From contig CBDCNQ010000004.1 in NCBI GenBank assembly GCA_965219445.1, forward strand, positions 576,001-640,000: DNA of 64,000 nucleotides. Reading direction: 5' to 3'. The notes below the pieces were generated by a model. The model was not told where the DNA came from. It was given only the letters and a program-made list of their open reading frames with translations, and searched no databases. Numbering within the stretch: position 1 is the stretch's first letter; each line of letters opens with the position of its first letter. Of this stretch, positions 18,868 to 28,252 are shown one piece after another. This stretch comes from Longimicrobiales bacterium. Its GTDB lineage: Bacteria; Gemmatimonadota; Gemmatimonadetes; Longimicrobiales; Gaopeijiaceae. Position numbers and translations under genes: made by a program.

Positions 18868-20226
18868 CTACGGCACGTCCCACCCCAAGGACGGCGACCA
18901 ATCGGGAACCCGGACGTCGAGGCCCCGCCGGAGCATCCGATACGTGCCTGTGGCCGTATCGACCACCATGAGACCGGTACCCCAATCCCGGCGTCCGATG
19001 AACACGAGATGGCGTCCGTCGGGAGCCCAACTCGGGTCCTCGTTGTTCCCCTCCCACGTGAGCTGCCTGAGGCGGCGCCCACGGTCAGACACATCCGCAA
19101 CGAGGATGTTGTAACGCCCTCTTCGCCCTACGCGCCCGTGAAAGGCCACGTGATCACCCACCGGCGCCCAATCAGGAGACGTGTAGTAGCCCTCCTGCCC
19201 GTATAGATAGGGAGAGACGAGGTCCGCCTCTCCTCCGGTGGAGGGCATCACGTAGATCTGCGGGAATGGAGTACCCAGGCGGTTGGAGTTGAACGCGAGC
19301 CAGCGCCCATCCGGCGAGTATGTGGGCGAGATATCATCCCACCGTCCACCGCTCACGTGCGTAAGACAGCAGTCCCGTTCCCAGTCGTAGTAGAAGATTC
19401 CGCTCCGGTTTCCACCCGTGACCGAAAAAGCCATATCACGGCCATTGGGGCTATAGGCCGGCGTGTTATGGTCACCAGATCGCTCCGCGTCGAGAGGCTT
19501 TTCCGTCATGGTCTCGAGGTCTAACTCGTAGATGCGGGGGAACCCGCTTTCCTTGCGGGACGAGTAGGCGATGCGCGTCCCGTCCGGAGACCAGGACGGA
19601 GACATCGTGAGGTCATCGTAGGTGGTGAGCCGCCTGAAATTTCGGCCGTCCGAGTCGATCAAGTACAGGTCCTGGTTGCCCTCCCGCGTTCTGAGGGAGA
19701 ACACGATCCGACTCGCCGCCATCCCGGGCTCATTATAGATCCACTCGATGATTGCGTCTGAAGCGGTATGGGCGGCCAGTCGGAAATCGTCGTCAATGGT
19801 GGGCGGGATTGGAAAGCGGCCCTGAGCATGGACCTCGCCAAAAACCACATCGTGGAGTTCCAAGACCAGAACGAATCCCGAGCCCGCCCCCTCCACGGAG
19901 CCCGACAGCAGCCAGACAGCTCCCAGCTGATCCCAAAGCTGATAGTCGACCTCGTCGTCGCTGACCAAGGAGGCCGGGAGGGAATCCATCACCTGGAATC
20001 GGTCGCTGTACCGGAGGTCCGTCGCGATGATCGCCTCGACCCGCGGGGCTACCAACTCTCCTCCCAAACGGCCCGAAAACGGCTGGACGGCCAAGGCGGG
20101 CTGAAATTCCGATTCGTACAGCAGCCCCAACGTCACACCCGGGATCGAGTCCTGCTGGGCCGTGAGGGGGCTCATCAGCGCGGCCGGAACCAGTGCTGCC
20201 CAAGCGAGCGTTCTCAGCGCGCGCAT
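18868..20226 (-). CDS. tolB: TolB beta-propeller protein
   Basis: Signal peptide, repeated PD40 motifs (SPSWSPDG, PAYSPNG, PTYSPDG, PSWAPDG), operon position. Confidence 0.9.
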   Translation of the reverse strand: MRALRTLAWAALVPAALMSPLTAQQDSIPGVTLGLLYESEFQPALAVQPFSGRLGGELVAPRVEAIIATDLRYSDRFQVMDSLPASLVSDDEVDYQLWDQLGAVWLLSGSVEGAGSGFVLVLELHDVVFGEVHAQGRFPIPPTIDDDFRLAAHTASDAIIEWIYNEPGMAASRIVFSLRTREGNQDLYLIDSDGRNFRRLTTYDDLTMSPSWSPDGTRIAYSSRKESGFPRIYELDLETMTEKPLDAERSGDHNTPAYSPNGRDMAFSVTGGNRSGIFYYDWERDCCLTHVSGGRWDDISPTYSPDGRWLAFNSNRLGTPFPQIYVMPSTGGEADLVSPYLYGQEGYYTSPDWAPVGDHVAFHGRVGRRGRYNILVADVSDRGRRLRQLTWEGNNEDPSWAPDGRHLVFIGRRDWGTGLMVVDTATGTYRMLRRGLDVRVPDWSPSLGWDVP

Positions 20227-20304
20227 ACCGTCTCTCCCGAGTGTGAGCATATGGTTCACGAACTTCTGAAACACCACACTAGCCCCGCATCCCTCATCCG
20301 TCCA

Positions 20305-21057
20305 TCATTCCTCGTCGTCGAAGCCCCGCCCGGATCGGGGCTCAAAATAGAAGACAACCGGGATTCGATCAAAGGGAAGGTCCTCCGGAAGCGGACCCAA
20401 GCGGTCCCGGCTCCCGGCGCACTCCGCCGCTCCCATGGCTTCAATATCGAACGCTATGCTCCGTGACGACTCCAAGATATCGACCTCGGCCACCGAGCCG
20501 TCCCGATTGATCACGAAATAGACCGTCGCGCGAAGATCTTCTTCTCCACGCCAACGAAAGCATCGCTGCATCTGGCGAAGGATGTTGTTGTAGTACTCCG
20601 GATAATCTCTTCGGATGCCCTCCATCCGAACGTTCAGGTCCTCTCCCGGCGTCTCAACCTCCGGATCCGGATCCGGGCTGGTTGGGGGCGCAGGGTCCTC
20701 GACCGGCTCGACATCAGGCGGCGCGACAGTTTCCTCGGGCTGCGGAGGCTCTTCTTCGGCGGGCGCCTCCTCCTCGACCACCGCCGGCGTCTCCACCTGA
20801 GGCTCGGGTAACGGGTCGAAGGGTGTTTCGATGACCAACTCCTCAGGTGCTGGCGTCGTCCGTTCACCGAGCTCAGCCGCCGAAGGAGATATCAACTCGA
20901 TCTCATATATTACAAAATCAGGAACCTCGCGAGGCACGGCGGACATCCCCCACGCCAGGAAAACGGCGGCCGTGTGAACAATGGCGGACGCGACGACGGG
21001 GCCCTTTCCGACTGGGTAGTGTCGCTCACGCGGCGGAGCCGATTCGGGGCCGGACAT
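20305..21057 (-). CDS. TolA/TonB-like energy transducer
   Basis: N-terminal TM with SxxxH (SAIVH), Pro/Glu-rich linker, TonB_C-like domain. Confidence 0.85.
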   Translation of the reverse strand: MSGPESAPPRERHYPVGKGPVVASAIVHTAAVFLAWGMSAVPREVPDFVIYEIELISPSAAELGERTTPAPEELVIETPFDPLPEPQVETPAVVEEEAPAEEEPPQPEETVAPPDVEPVEDPAPPTSPDPDPEVETPGEDLNVRMEGIRRDYPEYYNNILRQMQRCFRWRGEEDLRATVYFVINRDGSVAEVDILESSRSIAFDIEAMGAAECAGSRDRLGPLPEDLPFDRIPVVFYFEPRSGRGFDDEE

Positions 21058-21064
21058 ACCGGGA

Positions 21065-21481
21065 TTACTCCCGAGGCCTCTGTGTGCCCACCACCGCGAA
21101 GTCGACCCCGCTACGGGCGACGGTAGATATCACGTCGACACCCGCACCCCAGGTGGCGAGTGAGTCGCCCTTGATCCACACTTGGTCGACCTCCCCAGCG
21201 GACAGAATCTGTCCGAAGGACTGCGCGAACTCCGTCCGGTCCATAGGTGTCTCGCCCATGTACACGATCCCGTCACGATCCACGGTGACAATCAGGGTGT
21301 TGTCCTGGGCGGTGAGTGCGGATACCTCCGTTTCGGGCACGGCGACCTCGATGCCTCCCTGGAGGATGGGTGCGGTGATGATAAAGATGATAAGCAGGGT
21401 AAACGCCACGTCGACCATGCTCGTGACGTTGATTTCGGCGACGGGCTGCAAGTGTCGCCCTCCCTCGCGCACGCCGATCAT
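21065..21481 (-). CDS. tolR: ExbD/TolR family protein
   Basis: EINVTSMVDVAFTLLIIFIITAP. Confidence 0.9.
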   Translation of the reverse strand: MIGVREGGRHLQPVAEINVTSMVDVAFTLLIIFIITAPILQGGIEVAVPETEVSALTAQDNTLIVTVDRDGIVYMGETPMDRTEFAQSFGQILSAGEVDQVWIKGDSLATWGAGVDVISTVARSGVDFAVVGTQRPRE

Positions 21482-21536
21482 CGGAGGTTCGGACCCGTGT
21501 TCGAACCCGAGCGACGACTCAGTTTCGTGAAGGCGA

Positions 21537-22256
21537 TCATACCCGCCCCTCTCGCGCCAACGTTCCGATGAATTCGCTCGAGAAGCCCTCGAGCTCGCCG
21601 CTGACCAGGTTCAGCTTCGCTAAGAAATGGTTGTAAGCGATGACCGCGGGGATCGCCACGAAGAGTCCGGCGACCGTCGTTACGAGGGCCGCGGCCACGC
21701 CGGGAGCCACTGCACCGATGTTCGACGAGCCCGATGCCGCGATCCCAAGGAACGTGCTCGTGATGCCGAGGACGGTCCCCATGAGACCCATGAGGGGCGA
21801 AACCGAGCCCAGGACCGCCAACCATATGAGTCCTTCCGCGAGCTCGTCACGCTCCTCGGCCTCTTCTTTTTCCAGAACGAGCTTAAGCGCCTGAAGCTGG
21901 GTCAGGGAGAGTCCTTCGGTCGGGGGAGCCCCTTCGCGCAGCGCGCCCGGGCGTAGTTCACTGAAAAAGTTCACGCCCTGCCGGAAAACCCTCCCGTAGG
22001 GTGATTCCGGCAAGGCCAACACGGCCTTGTAGGCGTCCGCCAGCCCAGTGGCCCGTTCCATCTTCTGCAGGAATCGGTTGCCCTGGTGCCGAACGGCTCT
22101 GAACTGTTTGGCCTTCCAGAAGATGAGGATCCATGAACAAGCCGACGAAGCGGCGAGGATCAGGAGTATGACCCTGGTCGCCAGTGTCCCTCCGAACACC
22201 ATGTCCCATGCGGTCGCCGGCGCATCGGTCTGGGCGAGGAGCGTCGAAAGCCCCAT
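21537..22256 (-). CDS. tolQ: MotA/TolQ/ExbB proton channel
   Basis: SPLMGLMGTVLGI, VAPGVAAALVTTVAGLFVAIPA. Confidence 0.9.
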   Translation of the reverse strand: MGLSTLLAQTDAPATAWDMVFGGTLATRVILLILAASSACSWILIFWKAKQFRAVRHQGNRFLQKMERATGLADAYKAVLALPESPYGRVFRQGVNFFSELRPGALREGAPPTEGLSLTQLQALKLVLEKEEAEERDELAEGLIWLAVLGSVSPLMGLMGTVLGITSTFLGIAASGSSNIGAVAPGVAAALVTTVAGLFVAIPAVIAYNHFLAKLNLVSGELEGFSSEFIGTLAREGRV

Positions 22257-23219
22257 TCAAGCTCCGATCTTCTGATTTGCTATAAAGTGAAACGTCTCCC
22301 GGAGACCATCCTTGAGCGTGTGACAGGCCGCCCATCCACGATCGGCCAACCGCGACACCTCAAGCGTACTGTGTCGGAGTTCTCCCGGGCGCGCTTCACG
22401 ATAGACCCGGCCCGGGCGCTCCTCGGCAATGCCTTCCAGAACGTCGGCGAGCCGATTCACGCTGGTCCCCACCCCCGTGCCTACGTTGAAAGCCACCGCA
22501 TCGATACTCGGTGCGGGCTTCAACGCCATCTCGGATGCGAGGAGGTTCGCGCTCACGACATCCTTCACATACACATAGTCTCGAGTCTGCTCGCCGTCGC
22601 CGAAGATAGTGAGTTCTTCTCCCGACTGCAGCCGCTCGCAAAAAATTGCCACTACACCGGCTTCCCCATGCGGATCCTGCCGAGGTCCGAAGACATTTGC
22701 ATACCGCAGAGCCACGTACTCTAGGCCATGGATGGCCCGGTAATAGTTCAGATAGTACTCGCCAGCGAGCTTCGTGACCCCGTAGGGAGAGAGAGGCAGC
22801 TTGGGGGCGCCCTCCGGCGTGGGAATTTCCTCCGGTTCGCCATAGACGACCCCGCCGCTCGAAACGTAGACGATCCTCCTCGTGCCGGTCTCGCGGGCGC
22901 ACTCCAGTGCGTTGAGGATGCCGAGGATGTTGATGTTCGCATCCCAGGTGGGATCTGCAACGGAGACACGAACGTCGATCTGGGCCGCGTGTAGATTCAC
23001 CAAATCGAATCCCACGTCATGGAATAGGCCACGCAAGGCCGGATCCTCGATTCCCATTTCGAGGAACTCCGCTTCCGGGTTGACGTTCGCCAGCCGGCCG
23101 CTCGACAGATCGTCGACCACCCACACGCGGTCACCCCTCTCCACGTGAGCGTCGACGACGTGGCTACCGATAAATCCGGCGCCTCCAGTTACCAGAACTC
23201 TGCGAGCAGCATCACTCAT
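22257..23219 (-). CDS. NAD-dependent epimerase (UDP-glucose 4-epimerase-like)
   Basis: [34 protein letters not shown]. Confidence 0.9.
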   Translation of the reverse strand: MSDAARRVLVTGGAGFIGSHVVDAHVERGDRVWVVDDLSSGRLANVNPEAEFLEMGIEDPALRGLFHDVGFDLVNLHAAQIDVRVSVADPTWDANINILGILNALECARETGTRRIVYVSSGGVVYGEPEEIPTPEGAPKLPLSPYGVTKLAGEYYLNYYRAIHGLEYVALRYANVFGPRQDPHGEAGVVAIFCERLQSGEELTIFGDGEQTRDYVYVKDVVSANLLASEMALKPAPSIDAVAFNVGTGVGTSVNRLADVLEGIAEERPGRVYREARPGELRHSTLEVSRLADRGWAACHTLKDGLRETFHFIANQKIGA

Positions 23220-23243
23220 CTACGAGAACGCTTCGAGGGCGCA

Positions 23244-24614
23244 TCACTCGTCGTCCGCTCGTGGTGCGTTCATTTCGATGCCTTCGGCCTCCTCATCATC
23301 GTCCGGTTCCGGTGCCTCGGAGGAGCCTACTTCTACCCCGTGGAGGTCATGCAAGTACCGGACCGCATCGAGGAACTCGACGCCGCGACCGTTGCTTGCT
23401 CCCTGCTTCAAGCGCTTCGTGGGGTCGTGCAAGAGCTTGTTGAGGAGTTGCTTCGAGAAGGCCTCGACAACGTCTCGATCGTCTGCGGAGACGTGAGAGA
23501 GCTTCTGCCAGAGGCGTTCCAGTTCCCGCTGGCGCACGTCGTCCCAACGGGCCCGGAGACCACGAATCACTGGAACTACACCCCTGGTGCCGTACCAATG
23601 TAGAAAGTCCCGGGCGTATTCCTCGACGATGGCCTCGGCCTCGGGCACAGACTCTTGGCGCTTGAGCAGGTTGTCGTCCATGATCTCATGAAGGTGATCC
23701 ACATTGTAGAGGAATACGTTCGCCTCATGGCCGACCTCCGGCTGCACATCGCGTGGAATCGCCAGATCGAGAATCAGTAACGGACCCCCTGCGCTGCCCT
23801 CCCTCGCATGGCGAAAGCCGTCGCGGGTCACCAGGGGATGTGGGGCTGCGGTGGACGCGATCAGGATGTCCGTCTTGGCTAACTCGAACGGCATTTCGTC
23901 GAAGTGCACCGATCTCCCTGAAAGTCTGCTCGCGAGTTCAGTAGCCCGCTCGTATGTCCGGTTGGAAACGACGAGCCCTCGGATACCGTCCCGCCCGAGG
24001 GCCTCTACTACGAGCTCCGCGGTGGTGCCGGCTCCGAGGATCATCACCTGGCGACCTTCAAGACTGCCGAAGATCTTGCGCGCCAACTCCACGGCCACGG
24101 ACGCCACAGACGACGCACCCTCTCCGATCGGGGTCGTGGAACGGATACGTCCTCCAGCGGACAGAGCCGACTGGAAGAGTCGGTGTAGAATGGGTCCGGC
24201 CAACGGCGGAGTCGCGGGATTTCCTCCCGCCAACTCGTATGCGTCCTTGACCTGTCCTTGGATCTCGGCCTCACCTAGGACCAGGGAATCCAATCCCCCG
24301 GCTACACGGTAGAGGTGGCGCACCGATGCCTCGCCGTCGTGGCGGTAGAGGTATTGCTTCGTTCCGCCGACAACTTCGCCCGCTTTCTCAGAAAGAACTC
24401 GCTCAGCCGCCGCTTGTACCCGCTCATTACCGCCTGGGCACACGTAGAGCTCTGTACGGTTGCAGGTGGAAAGGAGTACGGCCTCTTCAACCTCGGTTCC
24501 AGTACGGAGCACGCCAAGTGCAGCTTCGGCCTCCGCCGGAGCGAAGGCGAAACGCTCACGGATCTCGACAGGCGCCGTCAAGTGGCTGATGCCAACGACG
24601 GAGACGGGGCTCAA
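23244..24614 (-). CDS. hemA: glutamyl-tRNA reductase
   Basis: GISHLTAP, LSTCNRTE, GLDSLVLGEAEIQGQVK, DLAIPRDV. TTG start overlaps the ccsA stop. Confidence 0.95.
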   Translation of the reverse strand: MSPVSVVGISHLTAPVEIRERFAFAPAEAEAALGVLRTGTEVEEAVLLSTCNRTELYVCPGGNERVQAAAERVLSEKAGEVVGGTKQYLYRHDGEASVRHLYRVAGGLDSLVLGEAEIQGQVKDAYELAGGNPATPPLAGPILHRLFQSALSAGGRIRSTTPIGEGASSVASVAVELARKIFGSLEGRQVMILGAGTTAELVVEALGRDGIRGLVVSNRTYERATELASRLSGRSVHFDEMPFELAKTDILIASTAAPHPLVTRDGFRHAREGSAGGPLLILDLAIPRDVQPEVGHEANVFLYNVDHLHEIMDDNLLKRQESVPEAEAIVEEYARDFLHWYGTRGVVPVIRGLRARWDDVRQRELERLWQKLSHVSADDRDVVEAFSKQLLNKLLHDPTKRLKQGASNGRGVEFLDAVRYLHDLHGVEVGSSEAPEPDDDEEAEGIEMNAPRADDE

Positions 24615-25420
24615 AGGAAGAACCCCCCCTGAGAACTCACCATCCGAAGGCCGAGATAGGACGCGACGATCAATGAAAACCCGAGCACGCTGGCCAGAGC
24701 GCTTCTTCGCTCCTTCACTCCACCTCCGACTCGAACTCCAAGAGCGACGACGAAGATGAGCCAGCACATGACCGCCCACACAACCTTAGGGTTCGACTGG
24801 TCGAACGATTGCCGAAAGCTGACCGTCCACAACCACCCGAGGGCCAAGGCGAGGGTAAAGGTGATGAACCCGGCCGCCAAGCCGGTCCGGCCCAGACGGT
24901 CGAGCGTGGCGAGAGGAGGCGTGAACTGGAACAGGCGTCCCATCCTCTTCGTGTTGAGCTCGTGGAGCTGAACCAGGTAGAGCAACCCCGACGCAAAAGC
25001 CACGGCCAATCCACCTAAGCCAGCGAAGGCCAAGGTGACGTGGAAGGCGAACCAAGCCCCCTGGAAGTCCAGCAGCTCGGGAACCGGCTCGATCCCCAAC
25101 GAAACCGCAACCGCCTCGAGTAGAATTACGACGGGAACGAGGACGATGCCGACACGGCGGCCTTCGCCCAGACCGAGGGTGGCCACCAAGCCAATGCCGA
25201 TGATGAGGGCGCCGGTGGAAAGGGAGGGAGCGAGCCCGATGAGCGGGAGTTGACCGTACTCGGCCGTAAAACGTGCAAGTGCGACAACGTGTGCCGCGAC
25301 GCCCGCGGCGGCCAACCCAAACGCGATCCCCGGGCCGCGTCCACGCCCTCCGCTCAGGAGCGAGCGGAACCAAAGGATCAATGATCCGACGTAAAGAAGA
25401 AGAGCGACTGCGTGCGTCAA
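24611..25420 (-). CDS. ccsA: cytochrome c assembly CcsA/HemX-like membrane protein
   Basis: Multiple TM helices, WFAFHV, PPLATLDRL, GWLW, coupled to hemA. Confidence 0.8.
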   Translation of the reverse strand: MTHAVALLLYVGSLILWFRSLLSGGRGRGPGIAFGLAAAGVAAHVVALARFTAEYGQLPLIGLAPSLSTGALIIGIGLVATLGLGEGRRVGIVLVPVVILLEAVAVSLGIEPVPELLDFQGAWFAFHVTLAFAGLGGLAVAFASGLLYLVQLHELNTKRMGRLFQFTPPLATLDRLGRTGLAAGFITFTLALALGWLWTVSFRQSFDQSNPKVVWAVMCWLIFVVALGVRVGGGVKERRSALASVLGFSLIVASYLGLRMVSSQGGFFL

Positions 25421-25450
25421 CGGAAGCCCATCATGTGAATGATTCGGCGC

Positions 25451-26752
25451 CTACCGCATCTTCCTGTCCAGGTGTGCGGTCGTGCCGACTTGGAACACGG
25501 GTCCCTCAAGGGTAACGATTTCGGCCGAGGAGGTCTCTTCCTCAGTCAAGACGACCCTCATGCGTCCAACGATGTCCTCCGTCGATCCATCACCGGAAAA
25601 CGCCACATACTCGTCGCCTATGTCAACGCCGTCCCGTGAGCCCTTGTCCAGGATCGTCACCGCTCTCAAGCCATAGAACTGGTGGATCTCTCCGAACTCG
25701 ATGACAGTGGCCGTGGTCCGGTTCGTGACCGTGGCGGGTGTTTCGCCCGGCCTCAAGTCGAAGGCCGGTGCGGGGCGTACCAAGTCACCCGGGCGGACCA
25801 ACCCGTAGGTTTCCTCGACCCTGCCCTCGAACGTGTTAGGCGCGACCCGGGTCACGGATAGCACACCCACCGGGCGCAGCACAACGCCCAGCTCGGGGTT
25901 GACCCGAGCCGGTCGGAATATCTGTAGCTCGTTCCCCAGCCTCGGCTGGAAGCCCGGTTCCAGATCCAGTCGCACCCACGTATAGGGAAAAGCCGTTCGG
26001 ACGACACCTTCTTCTATGATGGACTCGATCCGGCCGTCGAATTCGACCTCCTCCAACGACGCTGCACCGATCCATTCGGCCGACCACGTGGATGACCGTG
26101 CCACCCAGAGCTCATCCGGGGCATTCGACACCCGGGCGAGCGCGGACGCATTCGGGTCTCGGTAGAACCTGGACCGACGGTCCCGCTCGAGGTTCGGACG
26201 GGTTCTTACGACCGGCGGTGGTGCGTCGCCGGTGGGCGCATCCACGGTCACGTCCCCGACCACGGCCGGCTCCGGCTCCACAATTACCGGGTCCGTAGGA
26301 TCGATGGCCACCACCGCCGGCTCCGGAATGCCGGTGATCACGAACTCGACCCGACGGTTCTGCGCCCAGGACGCCTCGTCGCTCTGGTTGGCGACAGGCC
26401 GCTCTTCGCCAAACGAAGTCGTGGTGAGCCGATCTGTCGAAATCCCGAGGCCAGTGAGGAAGACTCGCACGCTCTCGGCACGCCGGCTTCCAAGCGCGAG
26501 GTTGTACTCGGCCGAGCCACGCTCGTCGGCATGACCCTCGAGACGAAGACGGATGGTGGGGCTGTTGATCAGGATCGGCAGCTTCTCACGTAAGAGCAGG
26601 TCCGCCTCGGCGGTGATGGCGGCTTCGTCGTAGTCGAAGCGGACAACCTCTTCGAGAGTGGCCCGTACCGGAGCTTCCAGTACGGGCTGTTGTCCGGCCA
26701 TCAAACCGGGGAAAATTATCAACGCCAGCACGGTCATCACGGACCGGACCAT
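25451..26752 (-). CDS. secreted protein: Pal-like OmpA_C domain plus beta-rich C-terminal domains
   Basis: Signal peptide without lipobox; OmpA domain 83/110 aa identical to local Pal; C-terminal ILDKGSRDGVDIGD motif. Confidence 0.85.
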   Translation of the reverse strand: MVRSVMTVLALIIFPGLMAGQQPVLEAPVRATLEEVVRFDYDEAAITAEADLLLREKLPILINSPTIRLRLEGHADERGSAEYNLALGSRRAESVRVFLTGLGISTDRLTTTSFGEERPVANQSDEASWAQNRRVEFVITGIPEPAVVAIDPTDPVIVEPEPAVVGDVTVDAPTGDAPPPVVRTRPNLERDRRSRFYRDPNASALARVSNAPDELWVARSSTWSAEWIGAASLEEVEFDGRIESIIEEGVVRTAFPYTWVRLDLEPGFQPRLGNELQIFRPARVNPELGVVLRPVGVLSVTRVAPNTFEGRVEETYGLVRPGDLVRPAPAFDLRPGETPATVTNRTTATVIEFGEIHQFYGLRAVTILDKGSRDGVDIGDEYVAFSGDGSTEDIVGRMRVVLTEEETSSAEIVTLEGPVFQVGTTAHLDRKMR

Positions 26753-26805
26753 GGTCGCTCCCTTTCCATATGGGACGGGACTTTATTTGCTACTACTCAA
26801 CGTCG

Positions 26806-26835
26806 AAGATAGGCGGTTCACGCCCCGTGGGTCAA
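26806..26835 (-). promoter_or_regulatory. candidate sigma-70 promoter
   Basis: Minus strand TTGACC-N18-TATCTT with an A-rich upstream tract, before the 26752 start. Confidence 0.5.
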
Positions 26836-26917
26836 CGCGTTTTTTGCTATTCAACTACAAACGTTTCCCTATTCCCGGCCCCTGAAACCCGCCTCGCTCG
26901 TCCATCGGCGGGCTTTC

Positions 26918-27387
26918 TCAGGCACCTTCAAGGCTCTTCTTGAGCACCCGAGCGTCCTCACGAGGCCCCTCGTAGTAGCCCTTCCGCACGCCAATCTCAT
27001 GGAACCCGCGCCGAGCATACATCTCCCGAGCGAGCCCATTGGATTCTCGAACCTCGAGGTAGAGGCTTCGAAACCCGAGTCCTCGGCCACTTCGAGGATC
27101 CGACTGAGAAGACCCGAACCGATGCCGCGTCCCCGTAGATCCTTCCGAACCGCGATATTGGCCAACTCTCCTTCATCGAGCACCTTCCAGAGGATTGCAT
27201 AGGCGGCGAGCTGATCCCCCCACTCTGCTACCCACAGCTCGACGCCCGAGCGGTGCAAGAGCGAGCGGAAGGTCCGCTCACTCCAAGGGGTGGAGAAGGC
27301 CGCCGTCTCGATATGGGCCACCTCAGGCACGTCCGACGTCGTCATCGGCCTGAGGGATAGGCCTGAACCCCCTCCCCCCCGGCCCAA
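26918..27387 (-). pseudogene. rimI: ribosomal-protein-alanine N-acetyltransferase, split by a -1 frameshift at 27070-27076
   Basis: N-half has FSTPWS, DEGELANIAV, RGRGIG. The canonical C-half LYLEVRESN..GFHEIGVRKGYY..EDA lies in the -1 frame and ends at 26918. Confidence 0.85.
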
Positions 27388-27414
27388 CCGCAGAGGCGCG
27401 CGTAGGCCCGCTGC

Positions 27415-28209
27415 TCATGCACCCGACCCCAGGCATCGTTCCGCCGAGGAGGAGCGAAGGTAATCCGGCTGCCAAAGGCCGATGTCCTCCACCGGCTCGC
27501 GGGAGGGCGAGTCAGCAATCACCCTTAACAGACCGGCTGCCGTCGGCATGCCCAACGGGGCGGGAAGCAGAGTAAACCCGGCGGTGCGGATTTCGTCCGC
27601 ATGCCTTTGGGCCCCGTCACCCGCGAATACGGAGAGCGGGAGACCCTCGGTGAGAACCGCTCCAATCGTGGTCGAATGAGGCGGGATGACCACCTCAAAT
27701 CCGCTCTCGGTCGGCCGGTAGCAAGCACCATACACCCGATCGCTCCGGGCGTCGAAGAGGACATAGCGCGGCCAGGATCGTTCGTCTTCGGACAACGCTC
27801 GCTCGGGCCATCCGTCCGGATGCGACGCCTCCCCGATGTCAACCGAGGGCCCAGCCTCGTCGATATCCACGGCAGCAGCGCCTGCCTCGAGCGATGAGAC
27901 CGCCCAGAGGGGAATGCCCAGCGCGTGGGCCAACCCCTTGGCCGTCGCGGCAGCCACTCGGACACCCGTGAACGAGCCGGGGCCCGCCCCCACGACCAGG
28001 CCCTCAAGCTCGGCTAGATCCACGCCGGCCTCGTGAAGCACTCCACCGATCGTTGGGATCAAATCCGAGGAGTGAGAGCCCTGGCCACGCATCGCCCTCC
28101 TGGCGACTACGCGACTCCCCGTGCCCACGCACACCGACCCGTGGGACGTGGAGGTATCCAGCGCGAGGTACACTCCGTCCGGCGACCAAGCTCCGGCCCG
28201 CGCACCCAT
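27415..28209 (-). CDS. tsaB: t6A tRNA modification protein TsaB
   Basis: LALDTST, GAGPGSFTGVRV, DAR..VY. Confidence 0.93.
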   Translation of the reverse strand: MGARAGAWSPDGVYLALDTSTSHGSVCVGTGSRVVARRAMRGQGSHSSDLIPTIGGVLHEAGVDLAELEGLVVGAGPGSFTGVRVAAATAKGLAHALGIPLWAVSSLEAGAAAVDIDEAGPSVDIGEASHPDGWPERALSEDERSWPRYVLFDARSDRVYGACYRPTESGFEVVIPPHSTTIGAVLTEGLPLSVFAGDGAQRHADEIRTAGFTLLPAPLGMPTAAGLLRVIADSPSREPVEDIGLWQPDYLRSSSAERCLGSGA

Positions 28210-28252
28210 CAGCCGACCACGCTCATTCCGACCGTCGGCATTCCGACCGCGC

